Shown here: positions 13,513 to 26,256 of the stretch, one piece after another
Position numbering within the stretch: the stretch's first letter is position 1
Layout of the letters: every line of letters begins with the position of its first letter
Origin: Squalus acanthias
Taxonomy: Eukaryota
Length of the DNA stretch: 64,000 nucleotides
Assembly (NCBI GenBank): GCA_030390025.1
Contig: CM059431.1
Location: 141,858,001-141,922,000 of the forward strand
Reading direction: 5' to 3'
The notes under the pieces: generated by a model
The model's input: only the letters and a program-made list of their open reading frames with translations
What the model was told of the DNA's origin: nothing
Database searches by the model: none
Made by a program: the position numbers and the translations under genes

Positions 13513-13986
13513 GTGTGGGTGTGATATTTATCTATAAAGTTCGTGTTTATGTGATGAGTGCGAAGCTTTATATGTGTGTCAATTCATAGTTTATTATTAT
13601 AATATGACACACAATACATAAAAATATAAATGTAAATAATTGCATCTGTGATACTTCTAAATACAGTTGGGTGTATTTGTGTCCCAGTTATAAATATATT
13701 TGTGTGTTATTTATCATTGTATTTGTGTGTGTCTGTATTATGTATACATGTATTTGTGTGTAATTTAAAAGTACCATATTGAGAAATAAATATTACATAA
13801 AACATTTGGAATGAAGACAGATGACTCACAAAAAATGAATAAATTTTACAGATACATGTAAATACATTTGTACGCAGCAGCGTCATGAAATACATTTACA
13901 TGTAAAACAAGTCAAAACTAAATCGGTATCCAACATGGAGAGTTCCCAATTATGTTTAACATTATAGCAATGGTTTGACTCTGTTT

Positions 13987-14058
13987 TCCATGATGGTTTA
14001 GTGGTTAGGATTCGATGCTTTCAACGCCGTGGCCTGCGTTTGATTCCCGGTCAGGGAA
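13987..14058 (+). pseudogene. tRNA-Glu(TTC) pseudogene
   Basis: TCCATGATGGTTTAGTGGTTAGGATTCGATGCTTTCAACGCCGTGGCCTGCGTTTGATTCCCGGTCAGGGAA is colinear (72 nt) with vertebrate tRNA-Glu; anticodon TTC kept, but stems are mismatched and the B box reads GTTTGATT; T4 run about 20 nt downstream. Confidence 0.85.
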
Positions 14059-14369
14059 TTAAGAGGTGAAAAAGCAGCTTTTAATTAAATGACTTCCAAT
14101 ATTTAATGTGAAATAAGAATTGTTTTAATCACCATTAATTACTGATGACCTTCTTTTGCAGAATGAAAGAAATGCTGATTAACCAAGAGTCGATACTTCA
14201 ATATTTTTCTCTGATGATTTGTGACCCACATCTCATTTCACACACAGGAGTCTGGTTTAAAATGTTCATTGCTTCTGACAACAGGAATCTGGTGCAACAT
14301 TTGTTAAACTTAACAGGACCGGTCAGTTCACAGACAAAATATTCACTGACGTAATATTAATGTTGACAG

Positions 14370-15100
14370 AGGCGTTGATGTGGAGGAGAAAATGGATTTG
14401 AGTCTCCGTGTACACAAATCAGTAAAAGCCAGTGCACAGTTACAAAAATTATCAAAACAGCCAATGGAATGCTGTCCATTTTCTCAAAGCGTTTGAGTTC
14501 AAAAATGAGGACTCGATGCTTCCGTTATACATAACCTTAGTCAGACACCATCTCGAGCATTACTTTCAGATTTGGGAACCGAATTCAGGAAATATAAATT
14601 AACCTTATAGCAGGTACAGTGCACATTTACCAGAATTATACCAGTGTTTGCAGAGTTAAATATGAGGACAGGTTGCATAATTCTGGTTTGTATTTCCTTA
14701 AGTTTAAACGGTTGAGGGTTGATCATATCGAAATATTTAAATTCATAAAGGAAGTCCATAAGGTAGGTACAGACAAATTATTTCCACTAATGGGGAAATG
14801 CAGAATAAAAGGGCATCATCTTTAAATTAGAGCTGGGCCATTTAGGAATGAGATCCGGAAGCATTATTTCACACAAAGGTTATTGGAAATCTGGAACTCG
14901 CCTCTTCAAAAGGCTGTGGATGCTGGACAATATACATTCTGAAGAATTAAATAGAAATAAATTTATTTAGGTAAGGATATCAGCGGACATGGATTAAAGG
15001 CGTCTAAGTGGATTTAAGAAACAGATAAGCCATGATGTGATTGAATGTTGGAACAGACTCGAGCTGCTGAATGACCTAATCATGTTCCTCCGCTTCTATG
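14370..15100 (+). mobile_element. Old CR1 3' fragment
   Basis: Degenerate LVRHHLEH, KLFPLMGKCRIKGHHL and CR1 3' UTR. Confidence 0.7.
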
Positions 15101-15679
15101 CAAATAAAATAGGACATAGTCAGATTTGCAGATTTGCTGTAAAAATGTTGGTTGAAATTTAAGGAGAAATGTTCTGTCTCTGAGCTCACAGTGCGTGGAA
15201 ATACAAGTAGGAAAATTACACAGCAGTGCAAAACCTCAGCTGCAGTGAGCATTTCTGGGCGCCCTACATTGGGAAGGATGTGAAGGCCATGGAGACGGTC
15301 AAAATAAATTCACTAACATCATACCATGGATGAGAGGTTTTAGTTATGAGGAGAAAGAAGGCAAAGTGAACCAAGAACGTTAAGTGAAATTCGGAAAGAC
15401 GTGTTGAAAAATTTACAAGGCTAGCTGGGTGATTCGGCAACTAAAATGTAATCTCGCCAGCAAAAAATAACTTAGAAACTAAAAGATGTTTATTTTAGGA
15501 TGAGATCTGTTAGTACCTGGAATGCCTTACATGATGATGGAAACAGAATTCATAATAAGATTCTGAAAGAAATCTCTCTAATTTTCATTTGAGTTATTTA
15601 TTTCCAACTGCTTCCATGGTCTTTCTAGGGAGCCTGTTCCAAAGATTGTTTATGATATTGTTTATATAGATTTATATCG

Positions 15680-16660
15680 AATGTAAAGCACAGGAACAGA
15701 CCACACGATCCAATTGGTCCATGTCGGTGTTTATGCTCCACGCGAGCCTCCTCCCACCTCACTCAACTAAATTTATCAGCATATCCTTCTGTTCCTTTCT
15801 TTCTTATGTACTTACCTAGCTTCCCCTTGAATGTATCTAGGTCACTTGCCCCAACTAATCTTTGTAGTAGCGAATTCCACATTCTAACCAGTCTCTTGTT
15901 GAATACGTTTCTCCTGGACTCCCTGTTGGCTGTATTAGTGCTAATCTTATACTCATGCCCCTAGTTTAATTCTCCTCACAAGAGGGAATGTCTTCTCTTC
16001 GTTTACCCTATCAAACCCATTCATAATTTTAAAGACTTCCATCATGTCACCCGTCAGCACTCTCTTGTCCAGAGAAAAGAGCCGTGGATTGTTCAATCTT
16101 TCCTGTAAGGTATAATCTCTCATTTCTGGCATAAAACCTTTAAATATCTTCTTTACCTATTTCAGTGCTTCCAATTCCTTTTTATAATATGAAAATCAGA
16201 GTCTAGCCTCTGAACCACAGTGTAAGTGTAGTGGTACTTCAAAGAATCATAGAATCATAGAACGTTACAGCACGGAAGGAGGCCATTTCGGCCCATCTTC
16301 TCCGCGCCGGCCAACAAAGAGCTATCCAGCCTAATCCCACTTCCCAGCTCTTGGTCCGTAGCACTGCAGGTTAGAGCATCCCAAGTCCACATCCAAGTAC
16401 TTTTTAAAAAGTGGTTAGTTTTCCTGCCTCTACCACCCTTTCAGGCAGTGAGTTACAGACCCCCACAAATCTCTGGGTGAAGAAATTTCCCCTCAAATCC
16501 CCTCTAAACCTTCCACCAATTACTTTAACTCTGTGCCCCCTGGTTTTGAACCATCTGCTAAGGGAAATAGGTGCTTTCTACCCACTTTATCTGTGCCCCT
16601 CATAATTTTATACACCTCAATAAGGTCTCCCCTCAGCCTCCTCTGTTCCAAGGAAAACAG
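15680..16660 (-). mobile_element. Two CR1 3' fragments; 16245-16660 is a close inverted relative of about 11090-11520
   Basis: (GAATCATA)n tail at 16243-16262; ORF 16411..16605(+) is nearly the same peptide as 11150..11359(-). Confidence 0.75.
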
Positions 16661-16664
16661 ACAC

Positions 16665-18930
16665 AACTGGTACTTCTAGTTCCAGAGGAGGATGTTTAAA
16701 TCCAGTGTAATTATAGGTTGCCACTAATATTGGAGGAGAACGGTCAGTTCTATTGTAAGTGTAGGATACCAATAGTAGCGGATTAGCATGCTCATTACAC
16801 TGTAAGTGTAGGGTAATACTCGTACCGCAGTAGCACTGAAACCGCTAGTTTAAGTGTAGAAGCAACCCTAGTGGTGGAGGAGCATGTTCTACTCATTTGT
16901 ATGTTTAGCCAACCTCTAGTACCGAAGGAGTGCGCTCACCTCTCTTGTAAATATAGCCTATCACGAGTACAGGAGGAGCACGGTCATCTCTACTGTAGGT
17001 TCAGGGTATAAATAGTACAGGAGGAGCACGGTCATCTCTACTGTAGGTGTAGGATATAAATAGTACAGTAGGAGCACGGTCATCTCTACTGTAGGTGTAG
17101 GATATAAATAGTACAGTAGGAGCACGGTCATCTCTACTGTAGGTGTAGGATATAAATAGTACAGGAGGAGAACGGTCATTTCTACTGTAGGTGTAGGATA
17201 TAAATAGTACAGGAGGAGCACGGTCATCTCTACTGTAGGTGTAGGATATAAATAGTACAGGAGGAGCGCGGTCATCTCTACTGTAGGTGTAGGTTATAAA
17301 TAGTACAGGAGGAGCACGGTCATCTCTACATAGAAACATAGAAGATAGGAGCAGGAGTAGGCCATTCTGCCCCTCGATCCTGTTCGCCATTTAATGAGAT
17401 CATGGCTGATCATCCAAATTCAGTACCCTGTCCCTGCTTTCTCCCCATATCCCTTGATCCCTTTAGCCTTAAGAAATATATCTAACTCTTCTTGAATATA
17501 TTTAATGAATTGGCCTCAACTGCCTTCTGTGGTAGAGAATTCCATAGGTTCACCACTCTCTGGGTGAAGAAATTCCTCCTCATCTCAGTTCTAAATGGCT
17601 TACCCCTTATCCTCAGACTGTGACCCCTAGCTCTGGACTCCGCCGCCATCGGGAACATACTTCCTGCATCTAGTCTGTCTAGTCCTGTTAGAATTTTATA
17701 AGTTTCAATGAGATCCTTCTCATTCTTCTGAACTCTAGCGAATATAAGCCTAATCGACCCAATCTCTCTTCATACGTCATTCCAGCCATCCCAGGTATCA
17801 GTCTGGTGAATTTTCGCTGCACTCCCTCCATGGCAAGAACATCCTTCCTCAGATAAGGCGACCAAAACTGCACACAATACTCAAGGTGTGGTCTCACCAA
17901 GGCCCTGTACAACTGCAGCAAGACATCCTTGCTGCTGTACTTGAATCCTCTCGCTATGAAGGCCAACATACCAGGTTATAAATACCATTTGAATTCTTAA
18001 CCGCCTGCTGCACCTGCATGCTTACCTTCAGCGACTGGTGCACAAGGACACCCTGGTCTCGTTGCACTTCCCCTTCTCCCTTTCTATTGCCGTTCAGATA
18101 ATAATCTGACTTCCTGTTTTTGCCACCAAAGTGGATAACCTCACATTTATACACATTATACTGCATGTGCCATTCATCTGCCCTCACACCCAACCTGTAC
18201 AGATCATACTGAAGTTTCTCTGCATCCTCCTGACAGCACACACGCCCACCCAGCTTTGTGTCATCTGCAAACTTGGAGATATTACATCTAGTTCCCTCGT
18301 CTAGATCATCAATATACAGAGTACTGGAGGAGCACGGTCATCTCTGCTGTAGGTGTAGGATATAAATAGTACAGGAGGAGCACGGTCATCACTACTGTAG
18401 GTGTAGAATATAAATAGTACAGGAGGAGCACGGTCATCTCTACTGTAGGTGTAGGATATAAATAGTACAGGAGAAGCACGGTCATCTCTACTGTAGGTGT
18501 AGGATATAAATAGTACTGGAGGAGCACGGTCATCTCTATTGTAGATGTAGGATATAAATAGTACAGGAGTAGCACAGTCATCTCTATTGTAGATGTAGGA
18601 TATAAATAGTACAGGAGTAGCACGGTGATCTCTACTGTAGGTGTAGGATATAAATAGTACAGGAGGAGCACGGTCATCTCTAATGTAGGTGTAGGATATA
18701 AATAGTACCTGTGGAGGAATGTCATCTCTACTGTAGGTGTAGGTTGTAAATAGTACAGGAGGAGCGCGGTCATTTCTACTGTCGGTGTGGGGTGTAAATA
18801 GTACTGTAGGAGCACGGTCAACTCTACCGAAGATGTAGAATCTAAATAGTATAGGAGGAGCACGGTCAACTATAGTGTAAGTGTAGATTGTCACTAGTAG
18901 TGGAGCAGCACGGTATCGTCTCGTGTAAGT
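16665..18930. repeat. 48-bp minisatellite (GTACAGGAGGAGCACGGTCATCTCTACTGTAGGTGTAGGATATAAATA)n with degenerate flanks, split by a CR1 insertion
   Basis: Unit starts at 16967, 17015 and onward (48-bp period); 16-aa periodic ORFs on the minus strand; homogeneous blocks at about 16965-17328 and 18315-18870. Confidence 0.95.
17329..18310 (-). mobile_element. CR1 LINE 3' fragment inserted into the 48-bp minisatellite
   Basis: ORFs 17688..17969 and 17954..18241 (LVRPHLEYCVQFWSPYLRKD); CATAGAAA tail at 17329. Confidence 0.9.
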
Positions 18931-20273
18931 TTAAGAATTGCCAGAGAACTAACTCATAAATCTGAGTAGTATAAACAGCGAGGTTCGTGTGCAGTTTGTC
19001 ACGGAGTGCACCTTGACATAAAGTGAACATATTGGGAGTTCGGTCAGTGTGGGAGTTCGGTGAAGTTGGGGAGGGAGGTGCTGCTTTGCCTTGCTTTTCC
19101 TAACTTCTCCCGCAGAGTGGCGGCGGACCTGAGCGGGAGCAGACCGAGGCCCGAGAGCGGGGTAAAAGCAGCAGCAGACCTGCAACTGCAAGAGAAAACG
19201 TCAGTGTAACGTCACAGCAAAGGCAGGTAAGTGATTGGTTGTAACTGTGGGCTGACGTTTAAGTTAACATGTAACATATAACTACATTTTAAAAACGAAG
19301 CTTAATTTAACTAATCTAATAAATTAAGCGAGGATAATACTTTGATTACCTCTAAACTATTGAATTAAATAAATAAAATAATGGGAGGAAAGGAGATGTG
19401 TTGCTGCTGCAATATATGGGAGCTTGTGGACATTTTAGTCCAGGGCGACTACCTCTGTGATAAGTGTCTGCGGCTTGAGGAACTTCGTCTCCGATGTGAG
19501 GAGATGGAGTACGAGCTGTAGACATTGCGAGACATCAGGGAGGGAGAAAGTTACCTGGACTTTTGCTCCAGGAGGCAGCCACACCCCTTAGACTAAATAC
19601 TTTAGAATTGACACGTGGTCAGGGACAGGAGCGTGTGACTGCGAGTGAGGCAAGTACTCGGATCCAGGAGGTACTATTGCTGGAGCCTCAGTCCCTGCAC
19701 TTGTCCAATAGATTCAAGGTTCTTGCAACTCTTGTGGACCAGTGCGGGGACCTCAGGGAGGACGCGCAAACTGGCCAATGCACCGTGGTACAGGAAGCCG
19801 TTCAAGTGGGGCGGAGTAAAAATGAAGGTAGTTGTTGTTGTCGACAGTATATTTAGGGAGATAGAACTGTTCTCTGCAGCCAGGAGCGTTTGACCCGACG
19901 GCTATGTTGCCTACCTGGTGCCAGGGTAAAGGACATCTCCTCGGTGCTGGAGAAGAACTTCGAGTGGGAGGGGAACGATCCAGTTGCCATGTTCCACGTA
20001 GGTACCAACGACATAAGAAGGACTAAGAAAGAGGTTCTGCAGAGAGACTTTGAGCAGCTGGGGACTAAATTAAAAAGCAGGACCACAAAGATAATAATCT
20101 CTGGATTATTACCTGAGCCAGGAGCAAATTGGCATAGGGCCAACAGGATCAGAGAGATGAATGCGTGGCTCAAAGATTGGTGTGGGAGAAGTGGGTTTCG
20201 ATTCGTGGGGCACTGGCACCAGTACTGGGGAAAGAAACAGCTGTTCCGTTGGGACGGACTACACATGAACCAT

Positions 20274-21297
20274 CCCCTGCCTCCCGGAAACACGATAGAG
20301 TTCCCCTTGTCCTCACCTTTCACCCCACCAGCCTCCACATTCAACGGATCATCCATCGCCATTTCCGCCACCTCCAGCGTGATCCCACCACCAAACGCAT
20401 CTTCCCCTCACCTCCCCTTTCAGCATTCCGCAGGGACCGCTCCATCCGCGACACCCGAGTCCACTCCTCTACCACCCCCAGCACCACTTCCCCTTCGCCC
20501 AAAAACTTCCCGTGCAAGCGCAGGAGATGCAACACATGCCCTTATATCTCCCCCCTCCCACTGTCCAGGGCCCCAAACACCCCTTCCAGGTGAAACAGCG
20601 ATTTAATTGTAGTTCCTGCAATTTGGTATACTGTATTCGCTGCTGACGATGTGGTCTCCTCTATATTGGGGAGACCAAACGCAGATTGGGTGACCGCTTT
20701 GCGGAACACCTCCGTTCAGTCTGTAAGGGGGACCCCGAGCTCCCTGTGGCCTGTCACTTTAATTCTCCGCTCCACTCCGACTCTGACCTCACCGTCCTTG
20801 GCCTATTACATTGTTCCACGGAAGCGCAGCGTAAGCTCGAGGAACAGCACCTCATCTTTCGTTTAGGCACTCTACAGCCCTCTCGACTCAACATCGAGTT
20901 CAAAAATGTTAGATCATAACCTCGGCCCCTATCACATTTATATTTTATTTTTTCATCCACCCTTTTGTTTGGCTCCCCCCTTTTTTTTTCCTCCCAGAAG
21001 CTGGCTGCTGTCCTTCATTCTGCCAGTGCATTTCACACTTCATTTAGCCTCAGCCTGTTACATCAACACCTCCTCTTGCCTTGATTATCTCTAAATGTCT
21101 CTCAATGTCTCTTCATCTCTCCTTATGTCCTTTCATCCCCTTCCCCTTTTCCCAGCTTTATACTTGCTTCAAATCTATTTCATTTCCTGCTTTTTTCCAG
21201 TTCTGACGAAAGGTCTTCGACCTGAAACGTTAACTCTATTTCTCTCTCCACGGATGCTGCCTGGCCTGCTGAGTTTTCCAGCGTTTTCTGTTGTTAT
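20274..21297 (+). mobile_element. Penelope-like element (5'-truncated) inserted in CR1 ORF1
   Basis: HDRVPLVLTFHP, CKRRRCNTCP and LYIGETKRRLGDRFAEHL (GIY-YIG); 14-bp target-site duplication TACACATGAACCAT at 20260-20273 and 21298-21311. Confidence 0.9.
21199..21235 (+). ncRNA. Putative minimal type I hammerhead ribozyme in Penelope terminal repeat
   Basis: AGTT-CTGACGA-A-AGGTC-TTC-GACCT-GAAA-CG-TT-AACT. Confidence 0.65.
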
Positions 21298-24200
21298 TAC
21301 ACATGAACCATGCTGGGACCAGAGTTCTAGCGAATCGAATAACTAGGGAGGTAGATAGGGCTTTAAATTAATTAGGTGGGGCGGTCACGGTGGAGAGAAA
21401 TCTAGAATGCCGAAGAGAAAAGACAAGGAAGCAGTGCAGGAACGGGTATGGGGTAAGGGTAACCAGATTGTGTCAGGAAGGGACAGAGCGTAGAAACAAA
21501 AGAGTGCACTAACAAATAGGGTCCTGGTAAGAAAAAAACGGAAGACAAATAGGGCCATAGTACCAAAAAAAAATTAATGTCTAAAATTGATAAAAAGACA
21601 AATCTAAAGGCACTGTATCTGAATGCACGAAGTATTCGTAATAAGGTAGACGAATTAGTAGCGCAAATAGATATAACTGCAATTATGGAGACATGGCTGC
21701 AGGGTGACGAAGGCTGGGAGCTGAATATCCAAGGATATTCCATATTTAGGAAGGACAGTCAAAAAAGGAAAAGGAGGTGGGTTGGCGTTGGTCGTAAAGG
21801 ATGAAATCAGAGCAATAGAGGAAGGATATTGGCTCAGAAAATTAAGATGTAGAATTACACAACGTGGAGCTAAGAAGCACCAAGGGGCAGAACACGTTGG
21901 TGAGAGTTGTATAAAGGCCTCCAAACAGTAGTGGTAATGCAGGGGACGGCATCAAACAGGAAATTAGAGATGCAGGTAACAAGCGTACTGCAGTAATCAT
22001 GGGTGTCTTTAGCCTACATATAGACTGGCCAAACCAAATTTGCAATTATACTGTGGAGGATGAATTCCTGGAGTGTGTACGAGATTTTTTTTATACCAGT
22101 ACGATGAGGGGCCATCTAGTGAACAGGCTATCAAAGATTGGGCATTGTGCAATGAGAAGTGGTTAATTAATAATCTTGTTGTGCAGGGTCCTTTCGGGAA
22201 GAGTGACCATAACATGAAAGAATTCTTCATTAAGATGGAAAGTGAAGTAATCCAATCCGAAACAAGGTCCTAAATCTAAACAAAGGAAACTACGAAGGTA
22301 GGAGGAGTGAGTTGGCTATGATAGATTGGGGAGCTTCATTAAAAGGCATGAAGGTGGATAGGCAATGGCTAACTTTTAAGGAACGAAGGCATGAGTTGCA
22401 ACCGTTACACATTCCTTTCTGGCGCTAAAACACTAAAGGAAAAGCGGCCCAACCATGGCTAACAAAACAAATTAAGGATAGTATTAGAACCAAAGAGGAG
22501 TCATATAAAGTTGCCAGAAAAAGTAGCAAGCCTGAGGAGTGGGAGCAGTTTAGAATTCAGCAAAAAAGGACCAAGAGATTGATTAAGAGGGGAAAAATAG
22601 AGTATGAGAGTATACTGTCAAGGAACATAAAAGCGGCTTCTACAAGTATGTAAAAAGATAAAGATTAGTGAAGACAAATGGAGGTCCCTTACACTCAGAA
22701 ATGGGAGAATGTATAATGGGGAACAAGGAAATGACAGAGCAATTAATCAAATACTTTGGTTCTGTCCTCACGGTAGAGGACACAAATAACTTCCCAGAAA
22801 TGCTAAGGTCTAGTGAGAAGGAGGAATTAAAGGAAATTAGTATCAGTAAAAAAATAGTATTGGAGAAATTAATGGTACTGAAAGCCGATAAATCCCCCGG
22901 GCCTGATAATCTGCATCCCAGAGTAATAAAAGAGGTAGCCATGGAAATAGTGGAGGCATTGGATGTCATCTTCAGAAATTCTATAGATTATGGAACAGTT
23001 CAAGCAGACTGGAGAGTGGCAAATGTAACCCCACTATTAAAAAAATCAGCGAGGGAGAAAATAGGGAACCACAGCCTAACATCAGTGGTAGGGAAAATGC
23101 TAGAGTCTATTATTAAGGATATGGTAACAGGACACTTAGAAAATTTCAACGGGATTTGACAAAGTCATCATGGATTTATGGAAGGGAAATCGTGTTTGAC
23201 AAACCCACTGGAGTTTTTGAAGATGTAACTGGTAGAATAGATAAGGGAGAGCCAGTGGATGTGGTGTATTATGATTTTCAGAAGGCCTTTGAAAAACTCC
23301 CACATAAGAGGTTAGTGTGCAAAATTAAAGCACATCGGATTGGGGATAATATACTGGCATGGATTGAAAATGTGTTAACAGACAGGAAACAGAGAGTAGG
23401 AACGAATGTGTCTTTTTCAGGGTGTCAGGCGGTGATAAGTGGGGTACCGCAGGGATCAGTGAGTGGGCAAATACATGGCAGATGCAGTATAAAGTTGAGA
23501 AATGTGTAGTTATCCACTTCGGTAGGAAAAACAGAAAGGCAGACTATTGTTTAAATGGTGATAGATTGGGAAATGTTGATGTTAAAAGGGACCTGGCAGT
23601 CCTTATACGCCAGTCACTGAAAGCAAACATGCAGGCGCAGCAATCAGTTAGGAAGGCAAATGGTATGTTGGCCTTCATTGCAAGAGGATTAGAGACAGGA
23701 GCAAGGATTTCTTACTACAGTTATACAGGGCCTTGGTGAGACCCCACCTGGAGCACTGTTTGCCGTTTTGGTCTCCTTACCTCAGAAAGGATATAATTGC
23801 CATAGAGGGAGTGCAGCGAAGGTTCACCAGACTGATTCCTGGGATTGCAGGACTGTCGTATGAGGAGAGACTATATCGAATAGACTTGTATTCACTAGAT
23901 TTTAGAAGAATGAGAGGGGATCTCATTGAAACTGATAAAATTCTGACAGGGCTAGACAGACTGGATGCAGGGAGGATGTTTCCCCTGGCTGGGAAGTTTA
24001 GAACGGTTGTTCACATTCTCAGGATTCGGGGTAGGATATTTAAGACTGCGATGAGGCGAGATTTCTTCCCTCAGAGGGTGGTGAACCTGACGAATTCTCT
24101 ACCACAGATGGCTGTGGAGGCCAAGTCACTGAATATATTTGAGAAGGAGATCGATAGATTTGCAGACACAAAAGGCTTCACGGGGTATGGGGAGAGAGCG

Positions 24201-24315
24201 GGAATATGGTATTGAGATAAAGGATTAACCATGATCATATTGAATGGCGGAGCAGGCTCGAAGGGCCGAAGGGCCTACTCCTGCTCCTATTTATCTAAGT
24301 TTCTATGTTTCTATG

Positions 24316-24410
24316 TAGGTTATCACTAATAGTGAAGGAGCAGATTCACGTCTATTGTAAGTTTTGCGAGCTACTATTACCAGAGGAACAAGGTCATCTC
24401 TAATGCTGCA
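24316..24410. repeat. Remaining degenerate units of the 48/49-bp minisatellite, downstream of the large CR1 insertion
   Basis: TAGGTTATCACTAATAGTGAAGGAGCAG and GAGGAACAAGGTCATCTCTA match the unit. Confidence 0.65.
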
Positions 24411-24845
24411 GGACCGTTTCATATATTATAGGATTTGTTTCATCGCCTGTTCTAGAGGAGTTGGAGCACTAGGAGTCAGTGAAGGGCTGGGTCAGGCCGA
24501 TGACTGCCAGTGGAGCAGCTTCCACCAGTTCTGCTGGAATAGGTTCAGCTCCATTTTTGGGTGATTCCAGTTTCCATTTGTAAAGAATGTTTGTATTTAT
24601 TGTGTGTTTTTGAAACTGTACAATAACAATTTCATTAATTTCTCTTAAGCTGAATTAACAGTCAAAAAAAACAACTTACCTCAGTCTATTTGTTAAATGA
24701 CTGTAACTAATGCCAATAATGAGTTAATTTGATTAACTCCCTGACGGATTGATGTGTGAATAAATATAGGTTCCCCTCTATTGTCTCAGCCGTGCGCCAG
24801 TCAGAGTCTTTAATCTCCTACAGAATTCATCCATTCTCACTGAAA

Positions 24846-26256
24846 ATGGGGCGACCAGCTATGCTGCTGATAAAAGAGATTTACTACCCGATTCTCGCAG
24901 CTTTCGGTGTCCCCGGTGAGCCATTGTAACCTGCTTGTTGTTAATCGGTGTTAACTGTGTCCCTGTTCATGTCGCATATTGGATAAGGTAACAGTTTTAC
25001 AGATGTCAGCATGACACAGTGAACCGCGTGTCTGCACTTTCCACGTTCCCCTTAATACCATAACATTACTGATGTTACAATGATTTTGAAGTTCCAACAC
25101 CAGGATTTTAGCGGATTTCCGGACCGTCTTTTCCCCCCGTGCAGAGTGAGCGCTGTAGCAGCTCATTAAAATGTGTGTGTGGGTTTCCCAGGTAATGGCT
25201 CCAATACTAATCCTGTTCTCACACTGCTACGTGTTGAAAATCACACTGAATGGAGTAAGATGCTCTCCATAGGTATCTGCATATATATTTCAATCAGATA
25301 CTGGAACATTATTTCTCTCCTCTCTCTTTCTTACAGCGAACCTGGTGACAATTGTGATTCTCTCCAGAGGAAACTGCGGTCTTTCCAAGTGTATCTCTGT
25401 CTACATGGTGGCCATGGCAACAGCAGATCTACTGGTCATGATCTTCAATGTAATGGTGTATTATATTTTCAGTTATCATTTTCCATATTCATTCCTGTCC
25501 CAGACTCCGGTGTGTAAGTCCAATCTATACATGAATCATGCCACCTTCGATTTGTCTGTTTGGTTCACCGTCTCCTTCACATTTGACCGATTTGTAGTTA
25601 TCTGCTGCCAGAAGTTTAAAGTAAAGTATTGCACCGAGAGAACTGCGGCTGCGGTTATAACAGCGTTCACGGTTCTAGTCGTTTTAAAGGGCATCCCCGT
25701 GTTGTTTGGATATGAATCTCAGCAAATAATTAACAAGGTGCAGTGGGGCTGTCAGTCAAGTGTAGCTTTTTTTTCCTCCCCTGCAGGTGAAGCGTATCTC
25801 TGGTTTCACACCATATGGGTCGTTTGGCTTCCCTTTACCTTAATGGCCCTGTTTAATTGTTTGACCGTCAAACGTATATTAATGGCCAGCAGAGCCCGCA
25901 GGGGACTCCGGGGTCAGAGCAGTGAGAATCAGAGCGATCCAGAGATGGAGAGCCGAAGGAAATCCATCATTTTGCTCTTCGCTATATCGGGCAGTTTTAT
26001 ATTGCTGTGGCTGACATCTGCCGTGAGTTTTTTGATTACCAGAATGTCGAACACCACTTACTACCGAGGCGACCGCACAAACCCAGCCTATGTCGCCACT
26101 GAAACCGGAGCCATGCTGAAGCATTTGAGTTCCTGTCCGAACACGTGTATTTATGCAGCGACCCAGAGGAAGTTCAGAGAAGAGCTGAAGAAGGTGTTGA
26201 AAACTCCCTGGACACTGATTCTAAGATTGGTTAAACATGAAAGAAAGCCGAACTAG
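24846..26256 (+). CDS. GPR139-like: Class A GPCR, GPR139/GPR142-like, two exons (24846-24915, 25337-26256), 329 aa, intact
   Basis: Exon 1 MGRPAMLLIKEIYYPILAAFGVP ends G|GTGAG; pyrimidine-rich acceptor TTCTTACAG|CG AAC restores GVPANLVTIVIL (phase 1; compare GLPANILTVIIL in GPR139). Seven hydrophobic segments, MATADLL, VCK, SVWFTVSFTFDRF, ECL2 WGC, FILLW, NTCIY...KFR. Confidence 0.9.

Larger units (their letters stand above)
18945..24315 (+). mobile_element. Near full-length decayed CR1 LINE: 5' UTR, ORF1 (zinc finger/leucine zipper plus SGNH esterase), ORF2 (APE plus RT with an internal deletion), 3' tail
   Basis: 19381 MGGKEMCCCCNIWEL...YLCDKCLRLEELRLR; esterase LCCLPGARVKDIS, HVGTNDI, DGLHMN; APE LYLNARSIRNKVDEL and METWL; RT DFQKAFEKLPH and GVPQGS, then a deletion at about 23460 that removes FADD; (TTCTATGT)n end. 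Confidence 0.9.

Noticed and set aside
13510..13900. AT/TG-rich stretch as a structured element
   Set aside because: Low-complexity sequence with no consistent period or motif.
16961..18894. Periodic ORFs (MTVLLLYYLYPTPTVE)n as a repeat protein, or the array as CRISPR-like
   Set aside because: These are translations of a 48-bp minisatellite open in several frames; there are no unique spacers, no cas genes, and the context is eukaryotic.
19890..20606. 238-aa esterase fusion ORF as a novel gene
   Set aside because: It is CR1 ORF1 esterase reading by chance into an out-of-frame Penelope insertion, as the target-site duplication shows.
25345..25347. ORF-track start (GTG) for GPCR copy 1
   Set aside because: It lies 8 nt inside exon 2; the real start is the ATG at 24846, joined through canonical splice sites conserved in copy 2.
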